DNA of 64,000 bases from Bacilli bacterium (GTDB taxonomy: Bacteria; Bacillota_I; Bacilli_A; RF39; UBA660). Location of the stretch: positions 34,591-98,590 of the forward strand of contig JAFRIJ010000011.1 of NCBI GenBank assembly GCA_017432825.1. The letters are read 5' to 3'. The stretch's first letter is position 1. Each line of letters starts with the position of its first letter. Shown piece by piece: positions 48,669 through 58,890 of this stretch. The notes beneath the pieces were generated by a model. The model was not told the origin of the DNA and made no database searches. It worked only from the letters and a program-made list of their open reading frames with translations. The position numbers and the translations under genes were made by a program.

Positions 48669-50787
48669 AAATTATCACTCCTATTAAAACTAAGATTATT
48701 TTTATATAATTGAGTATATTTATTCTATTACTTAGAGTATTTGGTATTGTTATTTGTGTATTATTATCTTCTTCTATTTCAATGGTATTATTATTTATTT
48801 TTTCTGTTAATACTACTTTTTTGTTATTATCATCTTCTGTTAGTACTAGGCATTCTTTAGTGTTTTTTTCTTTTATACAATAAGTTGCTAATTCTAAATT
48901 ATTTAATTCTAATACCCCATTTTTATTTGTTTTATAATTGTTTATTAATACATTATCTTTATATACTTCTATTTCAACATTTTCTCTTTTAGATATTATC
49001 TTTTTATTATCTATATTTTCTTCTTTATTTGTAATTATTTTTATACTTCCTTTTATTTTGGTATTAAAATAGTCAATATTTACTAATAATTCTTTTTCGG
49101 TGTTTATATAATTGGTTTTATCATTAATGATTATTGTTAAAATTTCTTTATTATTTTGATAATTTTTAGGTGAATTTACTTGTTCTATATAATAAGTACC
49201 ATAAGGTATTTCAAATGGTAATAAGAGTTTTCCACTTTCATCTGTGGAAAAAGCTTCTATGTTATTATGTGATAAATAATTTCCTTTTTCATCTTTTATT
49301 TTATATTTAATTTGGTTATCGTTTATTTCATTTAATGTCTCTTTATCTTTAGTGGTTATTTGTAATTTTGTTTTTATTTGTTTATTTATTAGTGTATAAT
49401 TGTATGGATTATTTATTTCTCTATCTACAATAAAATATAAAATTGGGGCTTTTTCATATCCGTAAGTAGTGTTTTCTTGAATTACTTTATATTTTCCATA
49501 AGGTAATGTTATTATACTGCTACCTTGTTTGGTTGTTATTATAGATCCAAAATAATTTGTTGTTTTATCATAAAATTTAAAAGTAAATTCTATATTTTCT
49601 TCTCTTTCAAGTTTATTATTTACTTCGTAGAATTTATTAATTTCAAACTGGCGTTTTATTACTTCTTCTTCTAAGGTAATATTACCAGTTTTAGATAAAT
49701 CCACTTCAATTAGCTCTTCATTTTTTTTATATCCTTCACTTGCTTTTATTTGCTTAATATAATATTTTTCTTTATACAAATTATCTATTGTGTATTTTAA
49801 ACTACTATCAAATTTAAATGAAGTTACTAAATTATTGTTTTTATCATATAATTCATATTCTGCTCCTTCTAAAGTAGCTTGTCCTTTTGGAATAGTAGTT
49901 TTGGTATCTTTATCTACTAGATTTGTCTCTAGTTTATATCCTTCAATATTTATAGTTACTTCCTTTGTATTAGATGGGATATATCCTTTGGATATTAATA
50001 ATTGGGAATTATTATTACTATATACTTTTTTAGGTATATTTGTATAATTGTTTATACTTAATACTACTTTAGCAGTTCCAAAATAATTATCTACTGTAGA
50101 CAGTTTTAAATTATTGTTTGTTTTGTCTCCTATAATATTTTGTATATTATTTATTTTATATAAGAATAAGTTGCTACTAAAGAATGTAATAGTGTCTCCT
50201 ATTTTTAAATTTACATTGGATGGAACATTTAATTTTTCAGTATAACTATTTATTTTGCTTTTTATTTCATTAATGTAACTATCTATGTTTATTCTATTAC
50301 CATTTATATCTTCTTCATTAGTCCAGGTTATATCTAGATTTTTGTTTAAATATTCCCATATTATTTCTTGAGTTGCCATATAATATTCTTTTTCACTATG
50401 TATTTTTTCTTCATTTTCTTCATATTGATAGCCAAAATAGGCTACTAGATTTATGTATTCTAGTTGTTCTTTAGTTAAGTTAGTTATTCTTTGTTGTTCT
50501 TCTATATTGTCAGTAGAATTATATGTAGTTGTTGTTATACTTTTACCTATTTCAATACAATAGCTAGGTATATTATTAATTGTAAATATCTCTAAGTTAT
50601 ATAAGTGGGTTCTATCACTTAATGGTGCTATGGCAAATATTCCATCTTGTTTATTTCTTACTAAAACTGAATCATTTTCTTTAGCATACACACTAGTTAT
50701 TCCTGTAAATAATATTAATAATAATATTATTAATTTATTACTTTTTATTCTTTTTTTATTTTTTTTGCTTATATTCATTTCTTTCAC
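48583..50787 (-). CDS. Thioester-domain (TED) adhesin with Cna-B / prealbumin-like stalk domains, a signal peptide and a C-terminal sorting-signal-like tail
   Basis: Signal peptide MKEMNISKK...SVYA. Thioester Cys motif YCIE and Gln motif TQEIIW. Cna-B-like repeats include LEGAEYELYDKNNNLV...YYIKQIKASEGY. The tail ...IPNTLSN... is followed by a hydrophobic stretch and KK. Confidence 0.7.
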   Translation of the reverse strand: MKEMNISKKNKKRIKSNKLIILLLILFTGITSVYAKENDSVLVRNKQDGIFAIAPLSDRTHLYNLEIFTINNIPSYCIEIGKSITTTTYNSTDNIEEQQRITNLTKEQLEYINLVAYFGYQYEENEEKIHSEKEYYMATQEIIWEYLNKNLDITWTNEEDINGNRINIDSYINEIKSKINSYTEKLNVPSNVNLKIGDTITFFSSNLFLYKINNIQNIIGDKTNNNLKLSTVDNYFGTAKVVLSINNYTNIPKKVYSNNNSQLLISKGYIPSNTKEVTINIEGYKLETNLVDKDTKTTIPKGQATLEGAEYELYDKNNNLVTSFKFDSSLKYTIDNLYKEKYYIKQIKASEGYKKNEELIEVDLSKTGNITLEEEVIKRQFEINKFYEVNNKLEREENIEFTFKFYDKTTNYFGSIITTKQGSSIITLPYGKYKVIQENTTYGYEKAPILYFIVDREINNPYNYTLINKQIKTKLQITTKDKETLNEINDNQIKYKIKDEKGNYLSHNNIEAFSTDESGKLLLPFEIPYGTYYIEQVNSPKNYQNNKEILTIIINDKTNYINTEKELLVNIDYFNTKIKGSIKIITNKEENIDNKKIISKRENVEIEVYKDNVLINNYKTNKNGVLELNNLELATYCIKEKNTKECLVLTEDDNNKKVVLTEKINNNTIEIEEDNNTQITIPNTLSNRINILNYIKIILVLIGVIIYKKANNYINSSITITNSKRKQNKKQNSL

Positions 50788-50835
50788 CTCTAATTATATT
50801 ATTAGAGATTAATTATTAATTTCCTTTTAATTTAA

Positions 50836-50864
50836 TTAAAAAAAACTAGTTTTTTACTAGTTTT
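50836..50864 (-). terminator. Terminator-like hairpin downstream of the M13 peptidase gene
   Basis: aaaactagt / actagtttt inverted repeat with a ttttt loop and an A/T-run flank. The stem is AT-rich, so it is weak. Confidence 0.3.
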
Positions 50865-52783
50865 TACCATACTTTTACTCTTTTTTTAGGAGATATATAC
50901 ATTTTATTGAAAGAATTAATATTATATGTTTTATAAAATAATTCTGTGGAAGATAGCGTTCCATTTACTCTATATTTGGATGGAGAATGATTATCTTGTA
51001 ATAATAGTAATTCTTTGTATTCTTCTTTTTCTATCGAAGCCCATAGGTTTGCTAAAGATTTATACATATGTTTAATTTCTTCTTTTTTAGCTTTTTTTGA
51101 TTCTGCTATTCCTGATATACATGATACCGCTCCTAAATCAGCAATATTTTCGTTTACTGTTTTTCTTCCATTTATGTATGATCCTTTTACTACTTCATAT
51201 TTGTTATAGTATTTAATTACGTCTTGTTGCTTTTTCTTAAAGATATTATAATCTTCTTCTTGCCACCAATTATTTATGTTTCCTTTGTCATCAAATTTTG
51301 AACCATTATAATCAAATGCATGAGTTATTTCGTGTGCTATAATCATACCTATTGATCCTAAATTTTTATAATAGTTATCTTTTTCATCAAATAATGTAAA
51401 TGATGATATTGGTATATTAATTGAATTATCTTGAGGATTATAGTAGGCATTTACTGTTGTTTCTGTAATAAGATTATCTTGTTTATTAGTTTTTAATTTT
51501 GATAATTCATAGTTATATAGATATTTTTCAATGGTTATAATATTTTCTATTAATGTATTATTTTCATTTAAATTATAATCGTAATTATTGTAATTAGATA
51601 CTCCTATATTTATTTTCATATTATTTAGTTTTAGCTTGGCTTTTTTTCTTGTTTCTTTACTTAACCAATCTAATGTATCTATATTTTTTTTATAGTAATT
51701 TATTATTTCTTTAGTCATTTTATTTATATAATCTACTTTTTCTTGAGATATGTTGTTTTCTTTATATATTTTATCTATTTCGTTATTAAAATAATTATCT
51801 ATTATTTCTCTTATTTTTTCTTCTTCATTATTTATTTTTTTCCCTAATAGTTTATTATTTAATTCATATATTAGATTACTATAATTATTATCTAAGAAAA
51901 TTGCATAATTTTCTAATATTTTTAGTTTAAGTTGTTCTTTTAATAATTCTAAGTTATCATTTGATAGATAATTATTTATTGTCTTATAATTATTGATATC
52001 TATAATGCTAAATATTTCTTCATTTATATTTTTTTCTTTTAAATATTTATCTATATCTATATTAGTATATACTTTCTTTAATTCTTCTTTGGTTATTATA
52101 TTATAATATTTTGATATATCTTCTAAGTCTTTAGATAATAATGAATTATTAGAAATATCTGTATACATATTTGTTATACTTTTTGAAACGTCTCTAGCTT
52201 TTTTAGTACTATAGCCGTATTGTTTTAATATTTTTATTCCATATTGTTTAATTAGTGCTTTATATGACATATAATCTTCATTTGCATAAAAATCTGAGGT
52301 TGCTCCAAAATCCATTGTTATTGGGTATAAATATATTATACTTTTGCTATTATCTTTATAATCTTTTTCTACTTTTATATTAGTAAATATGTCTATATTT
52401 AATTCTTTTTCTATTATTATAGCATTTTTTATATAATCCTCTATATTATTTGAATTATCTACTATATTTATGTATTTGCTTAGTGTTGATAAGCCTTTTT
52501 CTTTAGTTAATAGTTTTTCATATATTATACTTATATTATTGTTTGTTTTATTTTCTATTAATTTATTAATTATTTCTTTTTTTTTGTTATCAACTTTTTC
52601 TTGTTTATCTATGAACGTACTCCAAGTGTATTCATCATTTTTTAATTTATGTTTTTCTATTATTTTTTTATTTATATAATTATAATAATCATCTTTTAAT
52701 TCATTATTAGGTAATAATAATAGTGGAATTATTATAACTATTATTAATAATAATATTTTTATTCTTTTCATTTTATATACCAA
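50864..52783 (-). CDS. pepO: M13-family zinc metalloendopeptidase (PepO / neprilysin-like), secreted or anchored
   Basis: Zinc-binding HExxH as IAHEITHAF, the downstream ENIADLGA motif, and an N-terminal signal/anchor. Confidence 0.8.
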   Translation of the reverse strand: MVYKMKRIKILLLIIVIIIPLLLLPNNELKDDYYNYINKKIIEKHKLKNDEYTWSTFIDKQEKVDNKKKEIINKLIENKTNNNISIIYEKLLTKEKGLSTLSKYINIVDNSNNIEDYIKNAIIIEKELNIDIFTNIKVEKDYKDNSKSIIYLYPITMDFGATSDFYANEDYMSYKALIKQYGIKILKQYGYSTKKARDVSKSITNMYTDISNNSLLSKDLEDISKYYNIITKEELKKVYTNIDIDKYLKEKNINEEIFSIIDINNYKTINNYLSNDNLELLKEQLKLKILENYAIFLDNNYSNLIYELNNKLLGKKINNEEEKIREIIDNYFNNEIDKIYKENNISQEKVDYINKMTKEIINYYKKNIDTLDWLSKETRKKAKLKLNNMKINIGVSNYNNYDYNLNENNTLIENIITIEKYLYNYELSKLKTNKQDNLITETTVNAYYNPQDNSINIPISSFTLFDEKDNYYKNLGSIGMIIAHEITHAFDYNGSKFDDKGNINNWWQEEDYNIFKKKQQDVIKYYNKYEVVKGSYINGRKTVNENIADLGAVSCISGIAESKKAKKEEIKHMYKSLANLWASIEKEEYKELLLLQDNHSPSKYRVNGTLSSTELFYKTYNINSFNKMYISPKKRVKVW

Positions 52784-53924
52784 ATAATACTTTTTCTTCT
52801 TTATATTGTCTTGTTATAATGTAGATAACTATTATTACATAAATTATAGATGAAATTAAAACGATAAATATATTTAAAATATTGAATTCTTTAGAAAAGA
52901 TATCCATTAATATTTGTACGTAGTTAATTATTGGTATTAGGTAAAAAAATGATGTTATTTTTATACCCATTATTGATATCATCATTGGTATAATTGTTAT
53001 TACATTTAATACTTGAGATGATGATTGAGCTTCTTTATATGTTTTAGAAAATGATGTTATTGCTATGGCTAATCCAGATATAAATAGGGAAGCTGATAGG
53101 CATATAATAAAACCAAATATTATTGTTATTACGTTTATTTCAAAGTTATATGTTTTAAATGCTTCAAAAAATGATGATGCTACAAATATACTTCCAATTG
53201 TTAGGATTAAACCTATTATTGATGATACAATGCTTGCTATTACACACGCTAGATATTTACCTGCTACTAATTCACTTGGCTTTATAGGAAATGTTAGTAA
53301 TGTTTCTAAGGTTCCATTTTCTTTTTCTACTGCTGTAGCAGAAGTTGCCATATTAGTACTTGCTAAAACTATTGCAGCTATAATATAAGTAAATGATATA
53401 GAGAATATTAATTTTAACATAAAATTTTCTCCTTCTAGGTTTTTAAATTTATATGTAAAATTATTATATACTGTTTCTACATCTATATCTTCTCCTGTTA
53501 AATAAAGTTTAGCTAAATATGTGTTATATGAATCTAGGTATGATGTTATGTAATTGGTAGCATACATTCCGTCTTCTGAGTCTTGGTTTGTATATATTGT
53601 ATATTTTTTTTGTTTCTCATTATAGTCTATATATGCTACTATTTTACCTTTTTTATATGAATTTTTCATATTATCTATATTTTTATAGTAAATTGGGGTA
53701 ATAAAACATTCTTTCATTAATGATTTTTCTGTTGTGTTTGTTTTATAATTAATTCCTATATTATAATATTTTTCTTCACTTTGATTTTCATATATATATG
53801 CATATAAAAATATCATCATTGGTATTAGAATAGGAAATACTAATAGTGTTATAAGTGTCTTTTTATCTCTTAGTAATGATCTTATTTCTTTTTTTATAGT
53901 TATTATTATACTTTTTTTATTCAT
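52773..53924 (-). CDS. ABC-2 type transporter permease
   Basis: An N-terminal TM, a large extracytoplasmic loop, then five C-terminal TM helices. It overlaps the ATPase gene. Confidence 0.7.
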   Translation of the reverse strand: MNKKSIIITIKKEIRSLLRDKKTLITLLVFPILIPMMIFLYAYIYENQSEEKYYNIGINYKTNTTEKSLMKECFITPIYYKNIDNMKNSYKKGKIVAYIDYNEKQKKYTIYTNQDSEDGMYATNYITSYLDSYNTYLAKLYLTGEDIDVETVYNNFTYKFKNLEGENFMLKLIFSISFTYIIAAIVLASTNMATSATAVEKENGTLETLLTFPIKPSELVAGKYLACVIASIVSSIIGLILTIGSIFVASSFFEAFKTYNFEINVITIIFGFIICLSASLFISGLAIAITSFSKTYKEAQSSSQVLNVITIIPMMISIMGIKITSFFYLIPIINYVQILMDIFSKEFNILNIFIVLISSIIYVIIVIYIITRQYKEEKVLFGI

Positions 53925-54669
53925 TTATGCCTCCTATTATAGAGAAGAAACTATCTCTTAGGTTAGTTGTTTTAGTTTGCTTTTTTATTTCTTTTGGTGT
54001 TCCGGTTGCTATAATTTTGCCTTTATTTATCATTATTATTTTATCACATATATTTTCTGCTTCTTCCATGTAATGGGTTGAATATAGTATACATTTATTA
54101 TTATTTTTTTCTTCCTTTATGAAATTTAATATTACTTGACTAGATATTATATCTAAACCGCTAGTAGCTTCATCTAAGATATAGTATTTTGGATTATGAA
54201 TTAGGCATCTTGCTATAGAAGTTCTTTGATATTGACCAGTAGATAAATTATCTATTTTTTGATGTAAGAAAGAATTCATATCAAATTTATTAGCTATTTC
54301 TTTTATTCTTTTTTCTAATTCTTCTTTTGGAACATCATAGTATTCTCCACACATTTTTAATAATTCATATGGTGATATATCTTTATATAGTTTGGTATTA
54401 CCCGATAGGTAAGCTATTTTCTTTTTTATAGAAATTGCTTTATCATTATACCTTTCATTATCAATAGTAATAGTTCCTTCGGTTGGATTCATTATTCCCG
54501 CTATAATTCTTAATAGAGTTGTTTTACCAGCACCATTTGGTCCTAATATACCTATTATTTCTCCTTCTTTGGCATTAAATGATATGTTATTATCAGCTTT
54601 AAATAATACTGTTTCTTTTTTACTATTTTTTTTCTTAAATTCTTTGGTAATATTATCTACTTTTAACAT
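53917..54669 (-). CDS. ABC transporter ATP-binding protein (partner of the ABC-2 permease)
   Basis: Walker A GPNGAGKTT, signature LSTGQYQR, Walker B ILDEATSGLD. Confidence 0.85.
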   Translation of the reverse strand: MLKVDNITKEFKKKNSKKETVLFKADNNISFNAKEGEIIGILGPNGAGKTTLLRIIAGIMNPTEGTITIDNERYNDKAISIKKKIAYLSGNTKLYKDISPYELLKMCGEYYDVPKEELEKRIKEIANKFDMNSFLHQKIDNLSTGQYQRTSIARCLIHNPKYYILDEATSGLDIISSQVILNFIKEEKNNNKCILYSTHYMEEAENICDKIIMINKGKIIATGTPKEIKKQTKTTNLRDSFFSIIGGINE

Positions 54670-54687
54670 ATAATCACTCTTTCTATA

Positions 54688-55098
54688 TTATATTCCTAAT
54701 TGTGAATTAACTCTTTTTTGATAGGCTGCTAGGATTTTTTTATTACCCTTTTTTTCTTTTTTTGGTATTAGTTTATCAGCATTTTTTAATTCAAATTCAC
54801 ATAATAATAAATCTATTAATCTTCTTTGTGTTTTGGTTGGTTCTTTTTTACTTCCGTTTATTTCTTTAAATATTTTATTTATTCTATTATATATATCTAC
54901 GTCTAGTCTTTCTATAGTATGGAGATATTCGTGGGCTCTATCAGTTAATAATGCTCCATTATCGATAGTTCTTTTGCCACCATTTTCTTTTTTTATTATA
55001 TGATGATAGGTTAAATTGTTATTAATAATTATATAATCCATCCAATCCATGGTATATGTATTATATATTTCCATCATTTGTTCTGTTATTTTATCCAT
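54688..55098 (-). CDS. Small HNH endonuclease-domain protein
   Basis: ...YHHIIKKENGGKRTIDNGALLTDRAHEYLH... follows the H-N-H spacing. The gene starts 1 nt after the DUF1848 gene stop. Confidence 0.6.
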   Translation of the reverse strand: MDKITEQMMEIYNTYTMDWMDYIIINNNLTYHHIIKKENGGKRTIDNGALLTDRAHEYLHTIERLDVDIYNRINKIFKEINGSKKEPTKTQRRLIDLLLCEFELKNADKLIPKKEKKGNKKILAAYQKRVNSQLGI

Positions 55099-55099
55099 C

Positions 55100-55984
55100 T
55101 TAACTTCTTTCTTTTATAATATCATCACTTTCTAATTCTCCTATTAATAGTGATGATTTTTTATTATGTCTCTTTATATTATTATTTATTTCTTTTTCAT
55201 CATAATTAGCATAGCAATACTTACATAAATGATTACATGAATTATAATATCCAATATCTACCATTTCAACACAATTACATTTTTTTTCTTTTCTTGCGGT
55301 CCAATTCTTATATTTTTTCCCTGTTAATTTATAGGCTAATTCATGTGATAGACATTCTCCTTTTATAAAGCCATACTCTGTTAAGTTTTCATCTTCGTAG
55401 CAGGTTTGTACTGTCATGTTATGTTTTTTTGCTATAGTAGAAAAAGATATACCTATTTCTTTATAATCTTCTTTAGTTATTTCTTTGTATTTTATTATAT
55501 TTTTATTTTTCTTAACGTTTTTATATTCATCTAGAAAAGATACTATTATTTTATTAACATATCCATCTAACAGAGAACACATTTTATTAAAAGCTTTTTT
55601 ATGATATTCTAGATTATATTTATCACTTATAAATATTGGATCATATCTGATATAAATATTATCTTTTCCTATAATATTAGATATTTCTTTTACTGCATCT
55701 ATTATTATTTTTTTGTCTGTAACGTTTGGTTCTATATCTTTATTATATGGAGTTATAGTTATATGAAATATTATTGGTTTATCTATAATATTTATGTATT
55801 TTATAATAGGAAGAGGATTTTTAGTACAGAAAAGAATTAAGTCTACATTATTAAAATATATTCTACTTACTTGTTTTTTATAATATGGGTTTCTTACATC
55901 TACATATCCTTCTTTATATCTATTCATAAACCAATCTGTATAGAATGCTACTATATCTGTTCTCCCGCTTACATTTAATATCAT
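55100..55984 (-). CDS. DUF1848-family protein with a C-terminal Cys cluster
   Basis: The N-terminus ...GRTDIVAFYTDWFMNRYKEGYVDVRNP... and the C-terminal CNCVEMVDIGYYNSCNHLCKYCYAN fit my recollection of the DUF1848 pattern. Confidence 0.55.
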   Translation of the reverse strand: MILNVSGRTDIVAFYTDWFMNRYKEGYVDVRNPYYKKQVSRIYFNNVDLILFCTKNPLPIIKYINIIDKPIIFHITITPYNKDIEPNVTDKKIIIDAVKEISNIIGKDNIYIRYDPIFISDKYNLEYHKKAFNKMCSLLDGYVNKIIVSFLDEYKNVKKNKNIIKYKEITKEDYKEIGISFSTIAKKHNMTVQTCYEDENLTEYGFIKGECLSHELAYKLTGKKYKNWTARKEKKCNCVEMVDIGYYNSCNHLCKYCYANYDEKEINNNIKRHNKKSSLLIGELESDDIIKERS

Positions 55985-56047
55985 ATTCTACTCCTTATAT
56001 TTATTATAAAATATTTAATAAAAAAAGTATATATTTTCTATATACTT

Positions 56048-57181
56048 TTAATCGCTAAAATCATTATCTATTATTACATAATAAGTATAGTTTGGATATA
56101 ATTTTTTTATTTCATTTATAACTTTTCTTTTTATTTTTTCTGGAGATTTAGTATTAAAATCTACAATTATATCAAAGTTTATTTGATTTTTTTTGCTATC
56201 TATATAAAATCCATGTAATTGTAATATTTCTTTATAATTAGATATTATTTTTTCTAAATCAGTTTTAATTTTTAATGATTCTTTATCACTTGTATTAGAT
56301 GCATATATTCCAATTGTTAGGATTATTCCAAAGGATGTATATATTTTCTTTTCTATTTCTTTGGTTAAAATATGTATTTCTTTTGCAGTCATAGTATCTT
56401 TTACTTGGATATGGACTGATCCAATCATTTGCATTGGTCCATAGTTGTGTAATACTAAATCATAAGTTCCTTCAACTTCAGGATATAAATTTATTGCTTC
56501 TTTTAATTTTATAGCTAATTCTTTATTAACCCTGGTTCCTATTAATTCACTTGATGTTTCTTTTAATAATTCAATGCTTGATTTAAGTATAAATAGTGAT
56601 ATTAATAGTCCTATTATTCCTTCTATATTTATTTTAAATAATAAATAAGATAAAATTGCTATAAGGGTTCCTGTGGATAATATTGCATCAAATAAGGCAT
56701 CTGTTCCAGATGCTATTAAACTTCCTGAATTTATTTTGTTTCCTATATTTTTAACATAACTTCCTAATAATATTTTAACTATTATAGCTGTTATTATTAT
56801 TATAATTGTATATACTGTATAATTTGGTTTGGTTGGATTTATTATATTAGTAAATGATTCTTTTAAGGATAATACTCCTGCTACTAGAATAATTATTCCT
56901 ATAATAATAGATGTAAAATATTCTATTCTTCCATGTCCATAGGGATGTTCTTTATCTGGAGCTTTTGTTGATAATTTAGTTCCAATTATGGTTATAATTG
57001 ATGATAGGGCATCTGTTAAGTTGTTTATAGCATCTAATATTATAGCTATTGAATTGGCAATAAATCCTATTATTAATTTAAATATTACTAATAATATATT
57101 AACTATTATTCCTTTAATACTTGTTTTAATTATTTTGTTTTGACGTTCCATTATTACTCCTTTATATATAAATGTCTTCAT
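56048..57181 (-). CDS. Cation diffusion facilitator family transporter
   Basis: Six TM helices, an EHPYGHGR motif, and a C-terminal cytoplasmic domain. Confidence 0.8.
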   Translation of the reverse strand: MKTFIYKGVIMERQNKIIKTSIKGIIVNILLVIFKLIIGFIANSIAIILDAINNLTDALSSIITIIGTKLSTKAPDKEHPYGHGRIEYFTSIIIGIIILVAGVLSLKESFTNIINPTKPNYTVYTIIIIITAIIVKILLGSYVKNIGNKINSGSLIASGTDALFDAILSTGTLIAILSYLLFKINIEGIIGLLISLFILKSSIELLKETSSELIGTRVNKELAIKLKEAINLYPEVEGTYDLVLHNYGPMQMIGSVHIQVKDTMTAKEIHILTKEIEKKIYTSFGIILTIGIYASNTSDKESLKIKTDLEKIISNYKEILQLHGFYIDSKKNQINFDIIVDFNTKSPEKIKRKVINEIKKLYPNYTYYVIIDNDFSD

Positions 57182-57237
57182 AATAATATTTATTATTTAT
57201 TGTTTAATATTATTATTAAAAAACTCAATTTAGAGTT

Positions 57238-57669
57238 TTAATTTATTTTATTTAGTATTTTATATAATATTTTATATAAGTCTACACTTTCTTTTTTTGT
57301 TAAATTTAGGCATTTACCAATACTGGTTGGTATATCTTTTGCTAATATCTTTAATTCTTCTCCTTTTGGTGTTATAGATATAATTAGTTTTCTTTCATCT
57401 TTTGATGATTTATTTCTTTTAATATATTGTTTATTTTCTAGCTTTTTTAATAGTGGAGTTAGTGTTCCTGAATCTAAATATAATTTGTCTCCTAGTGATT
57501 TAACGTTTATTTCTTTTTCTTCCCATAAAACCATCATTGTAATATATTGTGTGTATGTTAATCCTAATTTATCTAAATACGGTTTATATTTTTTTATTAT
57601 TTCTTTTGAACATACGTATAAAGGAAAACATAGTTGATTTTCTATTGTTAACAAATCTATATTATCCAT
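57238..57669 (-). CDS. ohrR: MarR-family organic hydroperoxide sensor and repressor (OhrR-like)
   Basis: The reactive-Cys context LTIENQLCFPLYVCSKE and ...LGDKLYLDSGTLTPLLKKLE... track B. subtilis OhrR closely. Confidence 0.8.
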   Translation of the reverse strand: MDNIDLLTIENQLCFPLYVCSKEIIKKYKPYLDKLGLTYTQYITMMVLWEEKEINVKSLGDKLYLDSGTLTPLLKKLENKQYIKRNKSSKDERKLIISITPKGEELKILAKDIPTSIGKCLNLTKKESVDLYKILYKILNKIN

Positions 57670-57671
57670 AT

Positions 57672-57983
57672 TTATTTTTCTATTATTTCTTTTAGTTCTT
57701 CTTTTGTTTTTAGTCCTATAGATTTTGCTACTTCTTTACCATCTTTAAATATTAATACTGTTGGTATAGACATTATACCATATTCTCTTGATACTTCTTC
57801 TGCGTCATCTACATTTAATTTATAGAATTCACAACTATCTATTTCACTTGCTAATTCATCAATTATTGGTGATAACATTCTACATGGTCCACACCAATCA
57901 GCATAACAATCAACTAATACTTTTTTCTCCTTATTATTAATAACTTCTTTAAAATCTTTTTCTTCTATTTTTTTTACACTCAT
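57672..57983 (-). CDS. trxA: Thioredoxin
   Basis: WCGPC active site; 103 aa. Confidence 0.85.
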   Translation of the reverse strand: MSVKKIEEKDFKEVINNKEKKVLVDCYADWCGPCRMLSPIIDELASEIDSCEFYKLNVDDAEEVSREYGIMSIPTVLIFKDGKEVAKSIGLKTKEELKEIIEK

Positions 57984-58882
57984 TATTCATCTCTCCTTAA
58001 TTCTTTTATAGCAGTTGTTGCTGCTATACTTCCATCACTTACTGCAGTTGTTAATTGCCTTAATGTTTTTACTCTAGTATCTCCAGCTACATATATTCCT
58101 TCTATATTTGTATGTACTCCATCTTCTGATTCGATATAGCCATAGTCATTAATTTTAATTAAATTAGCAAATATTTCATTCTTAGGGCTTTGTCCTACCG
58201 CTATAAATAATCCTGATATAGATATTTCTTTAGTATTGTTATCTTTATCTGTTACTTCAATACTTTCTATTTTATCTTCTCCATTTAATTTGGTAATATT
58301 AGAGTTTAATATTATTTCAATATTATCTTTCTTTTTTATATCACTTAAATATCTAGATTCTCCTCTAAAGTTATCTCTTCTATGGATTAAATATACTTTT
58401 TTTGCTATATTTGATAAATATATAGCATCTTCTAAGGCAGTGTTCCCTCCACCTACTACTGCTACTACTTTATTTTTAAAGAAATTTCCATCACATGTTG
58501 CACAATAAGATACTCCTTTACCTACAAATTCTTCTTCTTTTGGTATATTTAATTTTCTGTTTTCAGCACCTGTTGCTAGAATAATTGCTTTTGCTTGGTA
58601 AGTTCCTTTATTAGTAGTTACTTTCTTGTCTTCATCAATGTGAAGTGCTGTTTCAAATTTTATTTCTGTATCTAATTCTTTTACTTGATTATACATATTA
58701 GTTGCCAAGTCAAAGCCTGATATATTTGGTATTCCTGGGTAGTTTTCTACGTTGCTAGCGTTTATTATTTGTCCACCATAGCTTTTTGCTTCTAATACTA
58801 ATACTTTTTTATTAGCTCTTCGTGCATATAATGCTGCTGTTAATCCTGCTGGCCCTGCTCCAATTATTATTATATCATACAT
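57983..58882 (-). CDS. trxB: Thioredoxin-disulfide reductase
   Basis: FAD motif GAGPAG, redox CATC, NADPH motif; 299 aa. Confidence 0.9.
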   Translation of the reverse strand: MYDIIIIGAGPAGLTAALYARRANKKVLVLEAKSYGGQIINASNVENYPGIPNISGFDLATNMYNQVKELDTEIKFETALHIDEDKKVTTNKGTYQAKAIILATGAENRKLNIPKEEEFVGKGVSYCATCDGNFFKNKVVAVVGGGNTALEDAIYLSNIAKKVYLIHRRDNFRGESRYLSDIKKKDNIEIILNSNITKLNGEDKIESIEVTDKDNNTKEISISGLFIAVGQSPKNEIFANLIKINDYGYIESEDGVHTNIEGIYVAGDTRVKTLRQLTTAVSDGSIAATTAIKELRRDE

Positions 58883-58890
58883 GTTATCAC

